Positions 32,169 through 41,528 of a stretch of DNA of 64,000 nt are shown here, in pieces. Both the position numbers and the translations under genes were made by a program. This DNA comes from an uncultured Candidatus Saccharibacteria bacterium (GTDB lineage Bacteria; Patescibacteriota; UBA1384; CAILIB01; JAUSJZ01), in contig CAYQWZ010000001.1 in NCBI GenBank assembly GCA_964421635.1, positions 7,267-71,266 on the forward strand. Reading direction: 5' to 3'. The notes under the pieces are model-generated. The model did no database searches and was not told the DNA's origin. It was given only the letters and a program-made list of their open reading frames with translations. Position 1 is the first letter of the stretch. Every line of letters begins with the position of its first letter.

Positions 32169-34540
32169 TATTTTCTATTGAATGGTTAAATAGTTTTTGC
32201 AAAATTAACTCTAACACTAAATTACTGAGTGATTCATTAACTATGAGAGCAGCTGAAATCGAAGAGATAATTCCTGCCCCAAAGCCAGTCAAGGAAGCTA
32301 GATTGGTAAGAATCATTAATGTTAAAAAACATCCTAATGCAGACAAATTAAAACTAGTAGAGCTACAGGTTTCAAAAAAGAAACAGACGGTAGTGTGTGG
32401 TGCTAATAATATATCAATTGGTGATGTTGTGCCTCTATTATCTGTTGGTAATCACTATTACGATTCTGAAAAGAAATTGCAAAAACTTTCTGCCGCAACA
32501 ATTAGGGGAATAAAATCTCAAGGAATGCTGGCATCAGAAAGGGATTTAGGACTATCAAATGAGCATCAGGGAATTTTAATATTAAAGAATAATACAAAAG
32601 CTAAAAACTTACAATCATATTTAGGTTGGACCAAGCCATTACTTAAACTTGAAATTACCCCTAACCGATCAGACTTATTCTCATACTTTGGGCTGTCAAG
32701 AGAAATAAGTGTCATCGAAAAAAGCCGTTTGAATGACATCAAGATAGAAGGATTATCAATTGATAGCAAAAAGAGCACATCCAAATTAAATATTGACATT
32801 GACACAAAAGATTGTCTTAGATACGCAGCCCTGACAATAGATAGTATTACTAACAGACAATCACCACTTTGGCTTAGCAACAGACTAAGGCTATCAGGTA
32901 TTAATCCTATTAATGCAATAGTAGATATTACAAACTACGTTATGCTTGAATTAGGTCAACCACTCCACGCTTTTGACTTCGACAAGCTAAAACAATCTAA
33001 TGGTAAGGCTTCAATAAGTGTAAAAAAAGCTGAAAATAACAAAATCTTTACTACACTCGATGGTACTAAACTAAACTTTACTAATAAGGACACAATAATA
33101 TCAAACAATGATGTGCCTATTGCACTAGCTGGTATTGTTGGAGGTATAAATTCTCAAATTGATCCTGAGACTACTAAGATAATACTTGAAGCAGCAATAT
33201 TTGATGCTGGTGTAACTAGAAGATCATCAATTCACCATAATCTAAGAACAGAATCATCTACTAGATTCGAAAAAGGAATTGACCCTGAATTACCAGTGAT
33301 TGCTTTAAAACGAGCAGCAGCATTAATTAAAGAAATTTGCGACGGTGAAGTTGTTGGCAGAATTCATGACCTAAAAAACTCTAGGTTCGAAAAACGCAGA
33401 GTAAATATATCCTTAATTCGCGCTGCAAAATCATTGGGGTTTGAGATAGATAAAATTAAAGTCAAGAATCTTCTTTCTTCTATTGGTTTTTCTGTTACAA
33501 CCACCAGCAAGGATACATTAGGTGTAATTGTTCCATCTTGGAGAATTGATGTTGAAATAGAAGAAGATATCTTTGAGGAGATTGCTAGACTAATTGGTTA
33601 CGAAAATATTTCTCCCACCACTCCAGGCGGAGATTTTAAAACACCAAAGAATAATGATTCATATTGGCAATTAAGAAATATTAAAGAACACATTGCAAAC
33701 AGAAACTTCTTTGAAGCAGTCAGTCAACCATTTGTTAGTGACTCAGATATGAGCAACTTTCATTTAAATCATTTAGTAGAAATTGATAATCCTACAACAA
33801 AAAACGAAAAATATCTGAGGCCAAATGTTAGCGTACCGTTAATTAAACGAGCTATAGCTGAAAGTAGAAACTCTGACACTGCTAATTATTTTGAAATAGG
33901 CAGAGTATTTATAAAAAATAATAAAAAGCTAATAGAATATGAAGGTCTTTCTTTGGTTACTTTATGTAATAATTACACCTCAAGCACCCGTTATATTAAA
34001 CAACTTATTTCAGGAATAAAAACAAAATTAAACATTAAAAATAATATTTGCTTTAAATCTAGTAAGTCTGATATTAATTATTTAGCTGATAACATTGAAA
34101 ATATTTGTATTGAAGATAAAGTGGTTGGCTTTATTGGTATATTGAAATTAAACTTATTAAAACGAGGAAAGGTTCGTGGCAACCGTCATATAGTTGTATG
34201 TGAAATTAACCTTAAGACCTTACTCAATCTTCAAAAAGAAAATCAACATTTTCGAAAAAGCAGTGCTTACCCGCCAATTAAAAGAGACATAAGCCTATTG
34301 ATTAAGAAGGGGACCATAATAAACGCCATTGAATCTATTGATACAAAAAAGATAGAGCACCTTGTTGATTATTTTGTCAAAGATATTTTTGAGACTGAAA
34401 CAGGAAAAAAATCAATTACAATTAGTTTTATTTTTCAGTCATATGATTACACATTGAAAGACGAGTATATTAATAAACAGATAGATAAAGTAATCTCCAA
34501 ACTCTCAAAAAATACTGACATACAGCTTAGAATATCGTAA
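32165..34540 (+). CDS. pheT: Phenylalanine--tRNA ligase beta subunit
   Basis: 791 aa; N-terminal tRNA-binding (EMAP-like) KKHPNADKLKLVELQV; B3/B4 and B5 regions; follows pheS with a 4-nt overlap. Confidence 0.92.
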   Translation: MIFSIEWLNSFCKINSNTKLLSDSLTMRAAEIEEIIPAPKPVKEARLVRIINVKKHPNADKLKLVELQVSKKKQTVVCGANNISIGDVVPLLSVGNHYYDSEKKLQKLSAATIRGIKSQGMLASERDLGLSNEHQGILILKNNTKAKNLQSYLGWTKPLLKLEITPNRSDLFSYFGLSREISVIEKSRLNDIKIEGLSIDSKKSTSKLNIDIDTKDCLRYAALTIDSITNRQSPLWLSNRLRLSGINPINAIVDITNYVMLELGQPLHAFDFDKLKQSNGKASISVKKAENNKIFTTLDGTKLNFTNKDTIISNNDVPIALAGIVGGINSQIDPETTKIILEAAIFDAGVTRRSSIHHNLRTESSTRFEKGIDPELPVIALKRAAALIKEICDGEVVGRIHDLKNSRFEKRRVNISLIRAAKSLGFEIDKIKVKNLLSSIGFSVTTTSKDTLGVIVPSWRIDVEIEEDIFEEIARLIGYENISPTTPGGDFKTPKNNDSYWQLRNIKEHIANRNFFEAVSQPFVSDSDMSNFHLNHLVEIDNPTTKNEKYLRPNVSVPLIKRAIAESRNSDTANYFEIGRVFIKNNKKLIEYEGLSLVTLCNNYTSSTRYIKQLISGIKTKLNIKNNICFKSSKSDINYLADNIENICIEDKVVGFIGILKLNLLKRGKVRGNRHIVVCEINLKTLLNLQKENQHFRKSSAYPPIKRDISLLIKKGTIINAIESIDTKKIEHLVDYFVKDIFETETGKKSITISFIFQSYDYTLKDEYINKQIDKVISKLSKNTDIQLRIS

Positions 34541-35529
34541 TGATACAAAATACTGTCAGTACAAAAACCAAACTTTTAATATTTGCTCTACTGGTAATAA
34601 TATTTAAAAGCATATCTTTAGCTGGTGCTTATAGGCAAATAAGTGATATATCTTATGACCCGAGAGTGCTTGGCACAAATTTATCAAAAGACATTTCTAC
34701 AGGCTTTTTGCCAGATTATCCAGTGCTAACTGATGACACACCCACTTTTGCTTCGCGTCAGTACACTCTTTTCGATGTTGATAGTGGTATATATTTGGTT
34801 AATCAAGACGCTATTACACCCGTACCCTTAGCCAGTACTACAAAGATTATGACTACTATACTGGCTATCGAAGAGTTAGATTTAGACAGTGTTCATACCG
34901 TTAATAAAGAATCCTCTTTTCAGATAGGATCCTCAGTGTTATTGCGTCCTGAAGAAAGGATTACCGTTAAATCCCTTTTATACGCCGCTTTGTTAAACTC
35001 TGGTAATGATTCAGCCTACTGTCTAGCTCATGAATTGGGGCTTCATTATTCAAATAATCCTTCTATTAATTACGAAGATGCAATTGCACTAACAGTGTCC
35101 AAAATGAATGAGAAAGCTCAGCAATTGGGTTTACAAACACTTTATTTTACAGATCCTTCAGGATTAGAAACTTCTAATGTTGGTAGTGCACATGATATGG
35201 CAATGCTTGCCAGTTATGCAATGAATAATGATACTTTTAGTACAATATCTGGAACAGCTGAAACAACTATCTACAGTACCGATGGGCTAGTACAACATCA
35301 ATTAAAAAACTCCAACCGTTTAATTTCCGATTGGCATTATCCTGGAGCACTTGGTGTTAAAACAGGTTTTACTCCAGATGCAGGTCATAATCTTATCGCT
35401 GCTCTAAATTTCAACGGTCACACCCTAATAGCAGTTGTTTTCAATACTTTTTCTGACACTAAACCTGCTTCAGCAGAAGTAGCGCGCGATATATTAGACT
35501 ACGCTAAAAGATCTATAGAGTACCATTAG
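34540..35529 (+). CDS. D-alanyl-D-alanine carboxypeptidase (S11, PBP5/DacA-like), membrane-anchored
   Basis: Active-site triad of motifs STTK (SxxK), SGND (SxN) and KTGFT (KTG); N-terminal TM. Confidence 0.85.
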   Translation: MIQNTVSTKTKLLIFALLVIIFKSISLAGAYRQISDISYDPRVLGTNLSKDISTGFLPDYPVLTDDTPTFASRQYTLFDVDSGIYLVNQDAITPVPLASTTKIMTTILAIEELDLDSVHTVNKESSFQIGSSVLLRPEERITVKSLLYAALLNSGNDSAYCLAHELGLHYSNNPSINYEDAIALTVSKMNEKAQQLGLQTLYFTDPSGLETSNVGSAHDMAMLASYAMNNDTFSTISGTAETTIYSTDGLVQHQLKNSNRLISDWHYPGALGVKTGFTPDAGHNLIAALNFNGHTLIAVVFNTFSDTKPASAEVARDILDYAKRSIEYH

Positions 35530-36215
35530 AGTTTAACGCCAAGTTTGGCCACAGCATCTGCAGCTGCAGATATTTCAGCTTTTTGTTTACTATTACCTTT
35601 GCCCTTTCCAAGAGTCCCACTCCCTGATTTGACAACAACAATAAATTCTTTTTCATGGTCTGGCCCAGATTCCTTAATTACCTCGTAATTTGGAGTGACA
35701 CCTTTACTTTTTTGCATCAATTCTTGAAGATGACTTTTCGGATCAATGTGTAGTTTTTTATCTAAAATTTCTCCAAGATTCACAATTAAATTCTCATGAA
35801 TGAATTTATCTGCGATTTCGTACCCTTGATCTAAATATATAGCTCCTATCACAGATTCAAAGACATTGGCTAATATTAAACTTTTTGCTTTTCCTTGGCT
35901 AACCTGCTCTCCCTTCGAAAGTAATAAAAACTTTTCAAATCCTAATTTATTTGCAACCATTGAAATACTCTCTCCTTTTACCAAAGCTGCCCGCCAGTTT
36001 GTTAATTCCCCCTCGGGATTATCGTAATTCTTATAAAGATGGTCTGTAACAGATAGTTCTAAGACAGCGTCTCCTAAAAATTCCAACCTTTCATTGTGCG
36101 TCTCAATCGATTTATGTTCATTAAGATATGACTTATGAACGAAGGCTGTCTCTAATAGCTTTTTATCTTCAAACTTAATTTTTATAACTTTTTCAATATC
36201 ATCTACATTTTTCAT
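35526..36215 (-). CDS. rnc: Ribonuclease III
   Basis: ERLEFLGDAVLELSV signature and C-terminal dsRBD. Confidence 0.93.
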   Translation of the reverse strand: MKNVDDIEKVIKIKFEDKKLLETAFVHKSYLNEHKSIETHNERLEFLGDAVLELSVTDHLYKNYDNPEGELTNWRAALVKGESISMVANKLGFEKFLLLSKGEQVSQGKAKSLILANVFESVIGAIYLDQGYEIADKFIHENLIVNLGEILDKKLHIDPKSHLQELMQKSKGVTPNYEVIKESGPDHEKEFIVVVKSGSGTLGKGKGNSKQKAEISAAADAVAKLGVKL

Positions 36216-36643
36216 TTGTCTCCTTTTTCAATATATTTTCTATAAATTGTACCGAGTACTCCATTAACAAATTTCGATGAATTGTCTGAACCAAATCTTT
36301 TTGCAATTTCAACCGCCTCATTGATTACTACTTTTGAGGGAGTTTCTTCAATATCTTTTTTATAAAATAATTCAGCCAAACTTATTCTCAAAATTACCTT
36401 ATCTACTCGTGATACTTTCTCAATTGGCCAATCTGGAGCAGCTTCCAATATATATTTATCCAGCTTGTCTGCCTTGTCAGCCACTGCAGCAATAACTCTT
36501 TTTGCAAATTCAAGATCTAAATCATCACCAATTTCATCATAAACTCTTTGAAAGTTCTCTAGAGCGTCATTAGTTCTAAAGTCTGACTCAAACAAGGCTT
36601 GAAATATAGCTTGCCTCGTAAGATATCTATTCGGTTTTTTCAT
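36212..36643 (-). CDS. nusB: Transcription antitermination factor NusB
   Basis: 143 aa; LTRQAIFQALFESDF NusB helix pattern; position upstream of rnc. Confidence 0.85.
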   Translation of the reverse strand: MKKPNRYLTRQAIFQALFESDFRTNDALENFQRVYDEIGDDLDLEFAKRVIAAVADKADKLDKYILEAAPDWPIEKVSRVDKVILRISLAELFYKKDIEETPSKVVINEAVEIAKRFGSDNSSKFVNGVLGTIYRKYIEKGDK

Positions 36644-36645
36644 AT

Positions 36646-36792
36646 TTAACCTACACAGTTAACACAACGTCTATGTGAAGCAACTGTCTTGCCACACCCA
36701 GGACATTTACCAACTGCATAAGTTTTTAGGTTTTTCTTTGCGAAAGCTTTTCTAGTTCTCGATATACTTTTCTGTTTCTTTGGTTCAGCCAT
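36646..36792 (-). CDS. rpmF: 50S ribosomal protein L32 (not in supplied ORF track)
   Basis: Reverse-strand translation gives MAEPKKQKSISRTRKAFAKKNLKTYAVGKCPGCGKTVASHRRCVNCVG* (CxxC..CxxC zinc ribbon, basic N-terminus); stop 3 nt before the nusB start. Confidence 0.88.
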   Translation of the reverse strand: MAEPKKQKSISRTRKAFAKKNLKTYAVGKCPGCGKTVASHRRCVNCVG

Positions 36793-36818
36793 TATATTAC
36801 GTTATTTTTTACCTTGCT

Positions 36819-36847
36819 ATATTATCTCTTTTTATTGTAATTGTCAA
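36819..36847 (-). promoter_or_regulatory. Consensus promoter (TTGACA-17-TAATAT on minus strand) upstream of rpmF-nusB-rnc
   Basis: Minus-strand TTGACA (plus 36842-36847), 17-nt spacer, TAATAT (plus 36819-36824); overlaps the leuS stop codon. Confidence 0.55.
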
Positions 36848-39219
36848 TTGACTATCAGGTTTACAATCTTGCCTGGCACTACTATTGATTTTATTACCTT
36901 TCTGCCATTTATATAATTGACAACATTTTCTACCTTCATTGCAGCCACTTCTTGTTCATCCTTCGTGCTAGATGAACCAATAGTAAAGGTTCCTCTTAAC
37001 TTTCCATTTACCTGTACAGCAATATTAACCTCATTCTCAGCAATTAAATCTTTATCATATTCTGGCCACAAAGCATTCTCTAATTTTTCCTTACCTAATA
37101 TTTTCCATGCCTCATTAGAAACGAAGGGCGCATAAATAGAAAGGATTGCAATAAACTTTGAAAAATCTTCTTTTCCTATATTGTTCTTTTCGCAGACTGC
37201 TATAAGCTCCATCATGGAAGATATTGCCGTATTAAAATGATAGCGTTCTGTGTCTTCTGTCACTTTCTTTATTGTTTTATTCAGAGCCTTGGCCATTTTA
37301 GCCGATGTAGTTTTATCGACTTCTTTAACCTTTTTAGCGAGGGCATAGAACCTATCAACAAACCTTCTTGAGCCAACAATAGACTCTGTATTCCACGGTT
37401 TCTCATCAGAAAATGGTCCCATAAATAACTCATGCAATCTTAACACATCAGCTCCATATTCATCTATTACATCGTCAGGATTAATAACATTACCCTTAGA
37501 CTTACTCATCTTTTGATTGTCAGGGCCTAATATTACTCCAACATGTCGCAATTTTGTAAAAGGCTCTTCAAAATCAATTAAATCGATGTCTTTAAAGAAC
37601 TTTGTGAAGAATCTGGCGTACAAAAGATGCAACACTGCATGTTCAGCTCCTCCAACATATATATCTACAGGCAACCATTCTTTTGTCTCTCTCTCACCAA
37701 ATATCTTCTCATTGTTATTAGTACTCGGATATCTTAAATAATACCAACTAGAGCAGACAAAGGTATCCATGGTGTCTGTTTCTCTTTTAGCCTTAGCTCC
37801 ACATTTTGGACAAACTGTATTTACAAATTCATCTGAATCAGCCAGTGGGGAATAGCCCTTAGGATTAAAATCAATATCTTCTGGTAATTCAACTGGCAAA
37901 TATGACTCTTCTACCGCAACTGGACCACATTTATCACAATGTACAATTGGTATCGGTGCACCCCAGTATCTTTGGCGCGAAATCAACCAATCTCTTAATT
38001 TGTAATTCACGGAATCTCTACCACCTGCTTTTTTTGTAATAAGGCTTTTTGCTTTCTGACTATCAAGGCCATTAAACTCATCACTATTTAATAATTTTCC
38101 TCGCCCTTCATAAGCTTTATTATCTTCAAACCCTTCTATAACTGGAATTATTTCAAGATTGTATTTGGTGGCAAATTCAAAGTCTCTTTTATCATGCGCC
38201 GGAACAGCCATAATTGCACCCGTTCCGTAATTGCTCATTACATAATCTGCAATATATATTGGAATAGCTTTCTTATTTACCGGATTAATAGCGTATGAGC
38301 CAATAAACACTCCTGTTTTTTCTTTCTGTAATTGAGTTCTATGCAATTCAGATTTATTCGAAGCAGCAGTAATGTATTTTTCAACCTCCTCCTTCTTTTC
38401 TTTGGTTACTAACTTTTTTATTAATTTATGTTCCGGCGCCAAAACCATATAGGTAGCCCCATATAAAGTATCTGGTCTTGTAGTAAAGACTTCTATAATT
38501 TCTTTGCTTTCTTGTACGCTAAATTCCAAGCTTGCCCCAATTGATTTTCCAATCCAGTTTCTCTGTGAAACCTTTATTGATTCTGGCCAATCAATTTTAT
38601 CTAAACCGTTTAATAATCTTTCAGCATAATCTGTGATTTTAAAAAACCACTGTTTCATATCTTTCTGTACAATCTTTCCGTGACATCTCTCACACTCACC
38701 ATTCACTACCTGCTCATTAGCCAAAACAGTCTGACATCCCTCACACCAATTGACACTCGCTTCTTTCTGATAAGCAAGTCCTTTTTCAAACAGCTTAATA
38801 AATATCCATTGGGTCCATTTATAATATTCAGGTGATGAGGTGCTAATTTCTAGATTCCAATCATAACTGAGCCCTGTCGCATCCATCTGTTTTCTAAATC
38901 GTTCAATATTCTTAGAAGTTGTATCTTTCGGCTGTTTTCCTTCTTTTATAGCGTAGTTCTCTGCCGGTAGCCCAAATGAATCCCAACCCATAGGGTGCAT
39001 AACGTCATACTTATTCATACGATAGTACCTAGCCAGCGTATCTGTGCCAGCGTATCCTTCTATATGGCCAACATGCAAACCTTCTCCAGAAGGATAGGGG
39101 AACATATCTAGAATGTATTTCTTGTTCTTTGGATTTTTTGCAGTTTTAAAAGTATTATTGTCTTGCCAATATTTAATCCACTTTTTTTCAACAATTTTGT
39201 GAGGAAATGTTTTTTTCAT
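36844..39219 (-). CDS. leuS: Leucine--tRNA ligase
   Basis: PYPSGEGLHVGHIEGY (HIGH), KMSKSKGN, CP1 editing region, 791 aa. Confidence 0.96.
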   Translation of the reverse strand: MKKTFPHKIVEKKWIKYWQDNNTFKTAKNPKNKKYILDMFPYPSGEGLHVGHIEGYAGTDTLARYYRMNKYDVMHPMGWDSFGLPAENYAIKEGKQPKDTTSKNIERFRKQMDATGLSYDWNLEISTSSPEYYKWTQWIFIKLFEKGLAYQKEASVNWCEGCQTVLANEQVVNGECERCHGKIVQKDMKQWFFKITDYAERLLNGLDKIDWPESIKVSQRNWIGKSIGASLEFSVQESKEIIEVFTTRPDTLYGATYMVLAPEHKLIKKLVTKEKKEEVEKYITAASNKSELHRTQLQKEKTGVFIGSYAINPVNKKAIPIYIADYVMSNYGTGAIMAVPAHDKRDFEFATKYNLEIIPVIEGFEDNKAYEGRGKLLNSDEFNGLDSQKAKSLITKKAGGRDSVNYKLRDWLISRQRYWGAPIPIVHCDKCGPVAVEESYLPVELPEDIDFNPKGYSPLADSDEFVNTVCPKCGAKAKRETDTMDTFVCSSWYYLRYPSTNNNEKIFGERETKEWLPVDIYVGGAEHAVLHLLYARFFTKFFKDIDLIDFEEPFTKLRHVGVILGPDNQKMSKSKGNVINPDDVIDEYGADVLRLHELFMGPFSDEKPWNTESIVGSRRFVDRFYALAKKVKEVDKTTSAKMAKALNKTIKKVTEDTERYHFNTAISSMMELIAVCEKNNIGKEDFSKFIAILSIYAPFVSNEAWKILGKEKLENALWPEYDKDLIAENEVNIAVQVNGKLRGTFTIGSSSTKDEQEVAAMKVENVVNYINGRKVIKSIVVPGKIVNLIVN

Positions 39220-39234
39220 ATCGTCTTGACTCTA

Positions 39235-39600
39235 TCAGATTTCTAACTGATTAAAAAGGTTATTTAAATCCTCTAAACTATGAAATCCTACCAGTTCTAT
39301 ACCGATATCGCTTATAAATATCATCGGCAGATCTTCAATTTTTTGCTGCTCACAGTATTCGATATTATCACTACAATCAATAATATTTAAATTTGTCGCA
39401 TACGGTGCAAACTCATTTAATTGCTTGGTACTCTCATTATCATATTTAGAGATAAATATTACACTATTCAATGAATTTAACTTTTCTGTAATTCTACCTC
39501 TTGTTCTGGCAGGATCATATTTAGATGAATATAGTAATAGGGCAACTAAAATAACACTACCCAGTATTATTATTAATGCTAAATTAAGCTTCTTGCTCAT
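39235..39600 (-). CDS. Hypothetical membrane-anchored protein (thioredoxin-fold-like, no CxxC)
   Basis: N-terminal TM; no diagnostic motif. Confidence 0.4.
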   Translation of the reverse strand: MSKKLNLALIIILGSVILVALLLYSSKYDPARTRGRITEKLNSLNSVIFISKYDNESTKQLNEFAPYATNLNIIDCSDNIEYCEQQKIEDLPMIFISDIGIELVGFHSLEDLNNLFNQLEI

Positions 39601-40444
39601 TTAAAAATTCTTCAATCTTCTCTTTATAAAGTTTTATCTGATCAACATTTCGTAAAAATACATTATGATCACCATCTACAAGATAAAAAGATATATTGTC
39701 TAGCTTCAAATCTTTTATTCTGTTTACTTCGTCAATTGAAGATTTTTCATCTTGATAACCGTGCATAATCAAAGTTGGCTCATTAATATATGGAATTACT
39801 TGGTGTGGACTATAAATGCTAATACCATGATAGAAACGCTCGAAAAAGGTTACAAAGGAGTTTAATAGAGTTGGCGCAAATGTACTGATATCTTGGCTAA
39901 ATTTTAATTTTGATTCAAATGTATTAATTACAGAACTGACAAATATAATTTTATCTAGCTCAATTTCATTCGCCATATGAGCAACAGGTATTCCACCCAT
40001 TGAATGCCCAATCAACGAAATATTTGCATTACTAAAATTATTTTCGTTGGCAAATTCAAGAATAGCTTGTAAATCTAATTTTTCGTAAAGGCCGTAACTA
40101 TTTTGACCTGTTTCTCCTCGATAGCTGAAAGTAATCACATTGAATCCTGCATTTTGCAAGTAAAGTGCCAAAGGTATCAAGGTAGATCTATTTCCACTCC
40201 AACCGTGAGATATAATTACCAGTTTTTCAGAAGTGTCATTCTTTAATAACCAGCCCTTAACAGATAATTTATCTCTGGCTTTTGATTCAACTTCAAAATA
40301 TTGATAATTATCTTTTGGATAAAATATAATTTCGTTTGAAGCTCCTTTTATGGTCAGACCACTAATAACAAAAGAAACAACAATAAAATATGTTAATAAG
40401 GTTAATGCAATAATCTTAGATTTACGGATAATCATCTTATTCAT
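39584..40444 (-). CDS. Alpha/beta-fold hydrolase, membrane-anchored
   Basis: HGWSGN oxyanion region and GHSMGG nucleophile elbow. Start placed at ATG 40444, because the longer listed N-terminus overlaps tRNA-Ala. Confidence 0.7.
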   Translation of the reverse strand: MNKMIIRKSKIIALTLLTYFIVVSFVISGLTIKGASNEIIFYPKDNYQYFEVESKARDKLSVKGWLLKNDTSEKLVIISHGWSGNRSTLIPLALYLQNAGFNVITFSYRGETGQNSYGLYEKLDLQAILEFANENNFSNANISLIGHSMGGIPVAHMANEIELDKIIFVSSVINTFESKLKFSQDISTFAPTLLNSFVTFFERFYHGISIYSPHQVIPYINEPTLIMHGYQDEKSSIDEVNRIKDLKLDNISFYLVDGDHNVFLRNVDQIKLYKEKIEEFLNEQEA

Positions 40445-40468
40445 AAAAAAAATCCCTAATTGAGGGAA

Positions 40469-40545
40469 TGGTGGACCCAGGCGGGTTCGAACCGCCGGCC
40501 TCATGCATGCCATGCATGCGCTCTAACCAACTGAGCTATGGGCCC
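40469..40545 (-). tRNA. tRNA-Ala (anticodon GGC)
   Basis: Hand-folded cloverleaf GGGCCCA-TA-GCTC..GAGC-G-CATGC-ATGGCAT-GCATG..GGCGG-TTCGAAC-CCGCC-TGGGTCC-A-CCA with the G3:U70 Ala identity pair and encoded CCA. Confidence 0.85.
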
Positions 40546-40589
40546 CGAGCAATCCCTATAATGACATATCTAAAATCTTTTTTAAAGAT

Positions 40590-41525
40590 TTATACAAAAT
40601 TATTTATTAAATCTTTAACGCTAAGTGATTTCATTTTCTGCAGACTCTCTAAATGATGATAGTTTGAGTTTCTATCAGTATCTATAACTGGCCATTTCTT
40701 ATTTTGATTTCCGTATCCTATTAACCGTATATTGTTCTTGCTAGTGAATATATGATTATTTATGAGTTCATCATCAGTATTGCTAATATTTCCTTTATCA
40801 AGGCTTAAAATAAATGACTGTTTGCTGATTTTTATTTCTCTAACTAATTCCTTAAGACTATTAACCCAATAATCACATGCAACAATATTTTTCAATTCAT
40901 TATTTTGATCTAATATCATCCAATTTTTGAATTTGCTATTTGACTCTAATTGACTGACGAAAAACTTGTGTTGTTTCTGCTGCTTAAGGTATTCGATTGT
41001 ATCTTCAGAAATATTGTCTGAAAGAATAACTAAATAATCACCAGGTAGTAGGTGATAGTCTTTATTTATTTTGATGTTATTGGAATTACCGTCTGAATAA
41101 GTCCCCAACTGTTGATTTAGAGCTTCAATAATTTTAGGAGTAAGTTTTGGTTTTATCAGAGTGTTTGCATCAACACGGTTATAGGTTCCAATAATATGGA
41201 GATAGATTTTTTTATAAGGGAAGTTATTTTTAAAGAATAATGTTGTTTTCTCTAAAACGTTATATTTTTCCTCGTCAATGAATAGATGGATTGAATTTTG
41301 TAGTCGAGTTGAATCGTATAAATTTAAATCTGTTACTATCTTTTGAGGATTAATCGTAACATTTGTATCTAGAATGTCTCTGATTGATTTATTGGCTTCG
41401 AAGTAGACTCTATTAGAATTGTTGTGCCATTGCGTTGAAAGATTTTTTAATCCAAAAACCGGAATAGATTGTTTTTTTGTAGTTATTAAATTTAAATCCT
41501 TAACTAAAATTAGCCCCTTTGACAT
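40590..41525 (-). CDS. Hypothetical protein (Asn-rich, soluble, no recognisable domain)
   Basis: 311-aa ORF immediately downstream of eno on the same strand. Confidence 0.45.
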   Translation of the reverse strand: MSKGLILVKDLNLITTKKQSIPVFGLKNLSTQWHNNSNRVYFEANKSIRDILDTNVTINPQKIVTDLNLYDSTRLQNSIHLFIDEEKYNVLEKTTLFFKNNFPYKKIYLHIIGTYNRVDANTLIKPKLTPKIIEALNQQLGTYSDGNSNNIKINKDYHLLPGDYLVILSDNISEDTIEYLKQQKQHKFFVSQLESNSKFKNWMILDQNNELKNIVACDYWVNSLKELVREIKISKQSFILSLDKGNISNTDDELINNHIFTSKNNIRLIGYGNQNKKWPVIDTDRNSNYHHLESLQKMKSLSVKDLINNFV

Positions 41526-41528
41526 AGA

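Noticed and set aside
40445-40513. Longer N-terminus of the alpha/beta hydrolase (MACMRPAVRTRLGPP..)
   Set aside because: This segment is the reverse complement of tRNA-Ala; the real start is the ATG at 40444 preceding the hydrophobic anchor.
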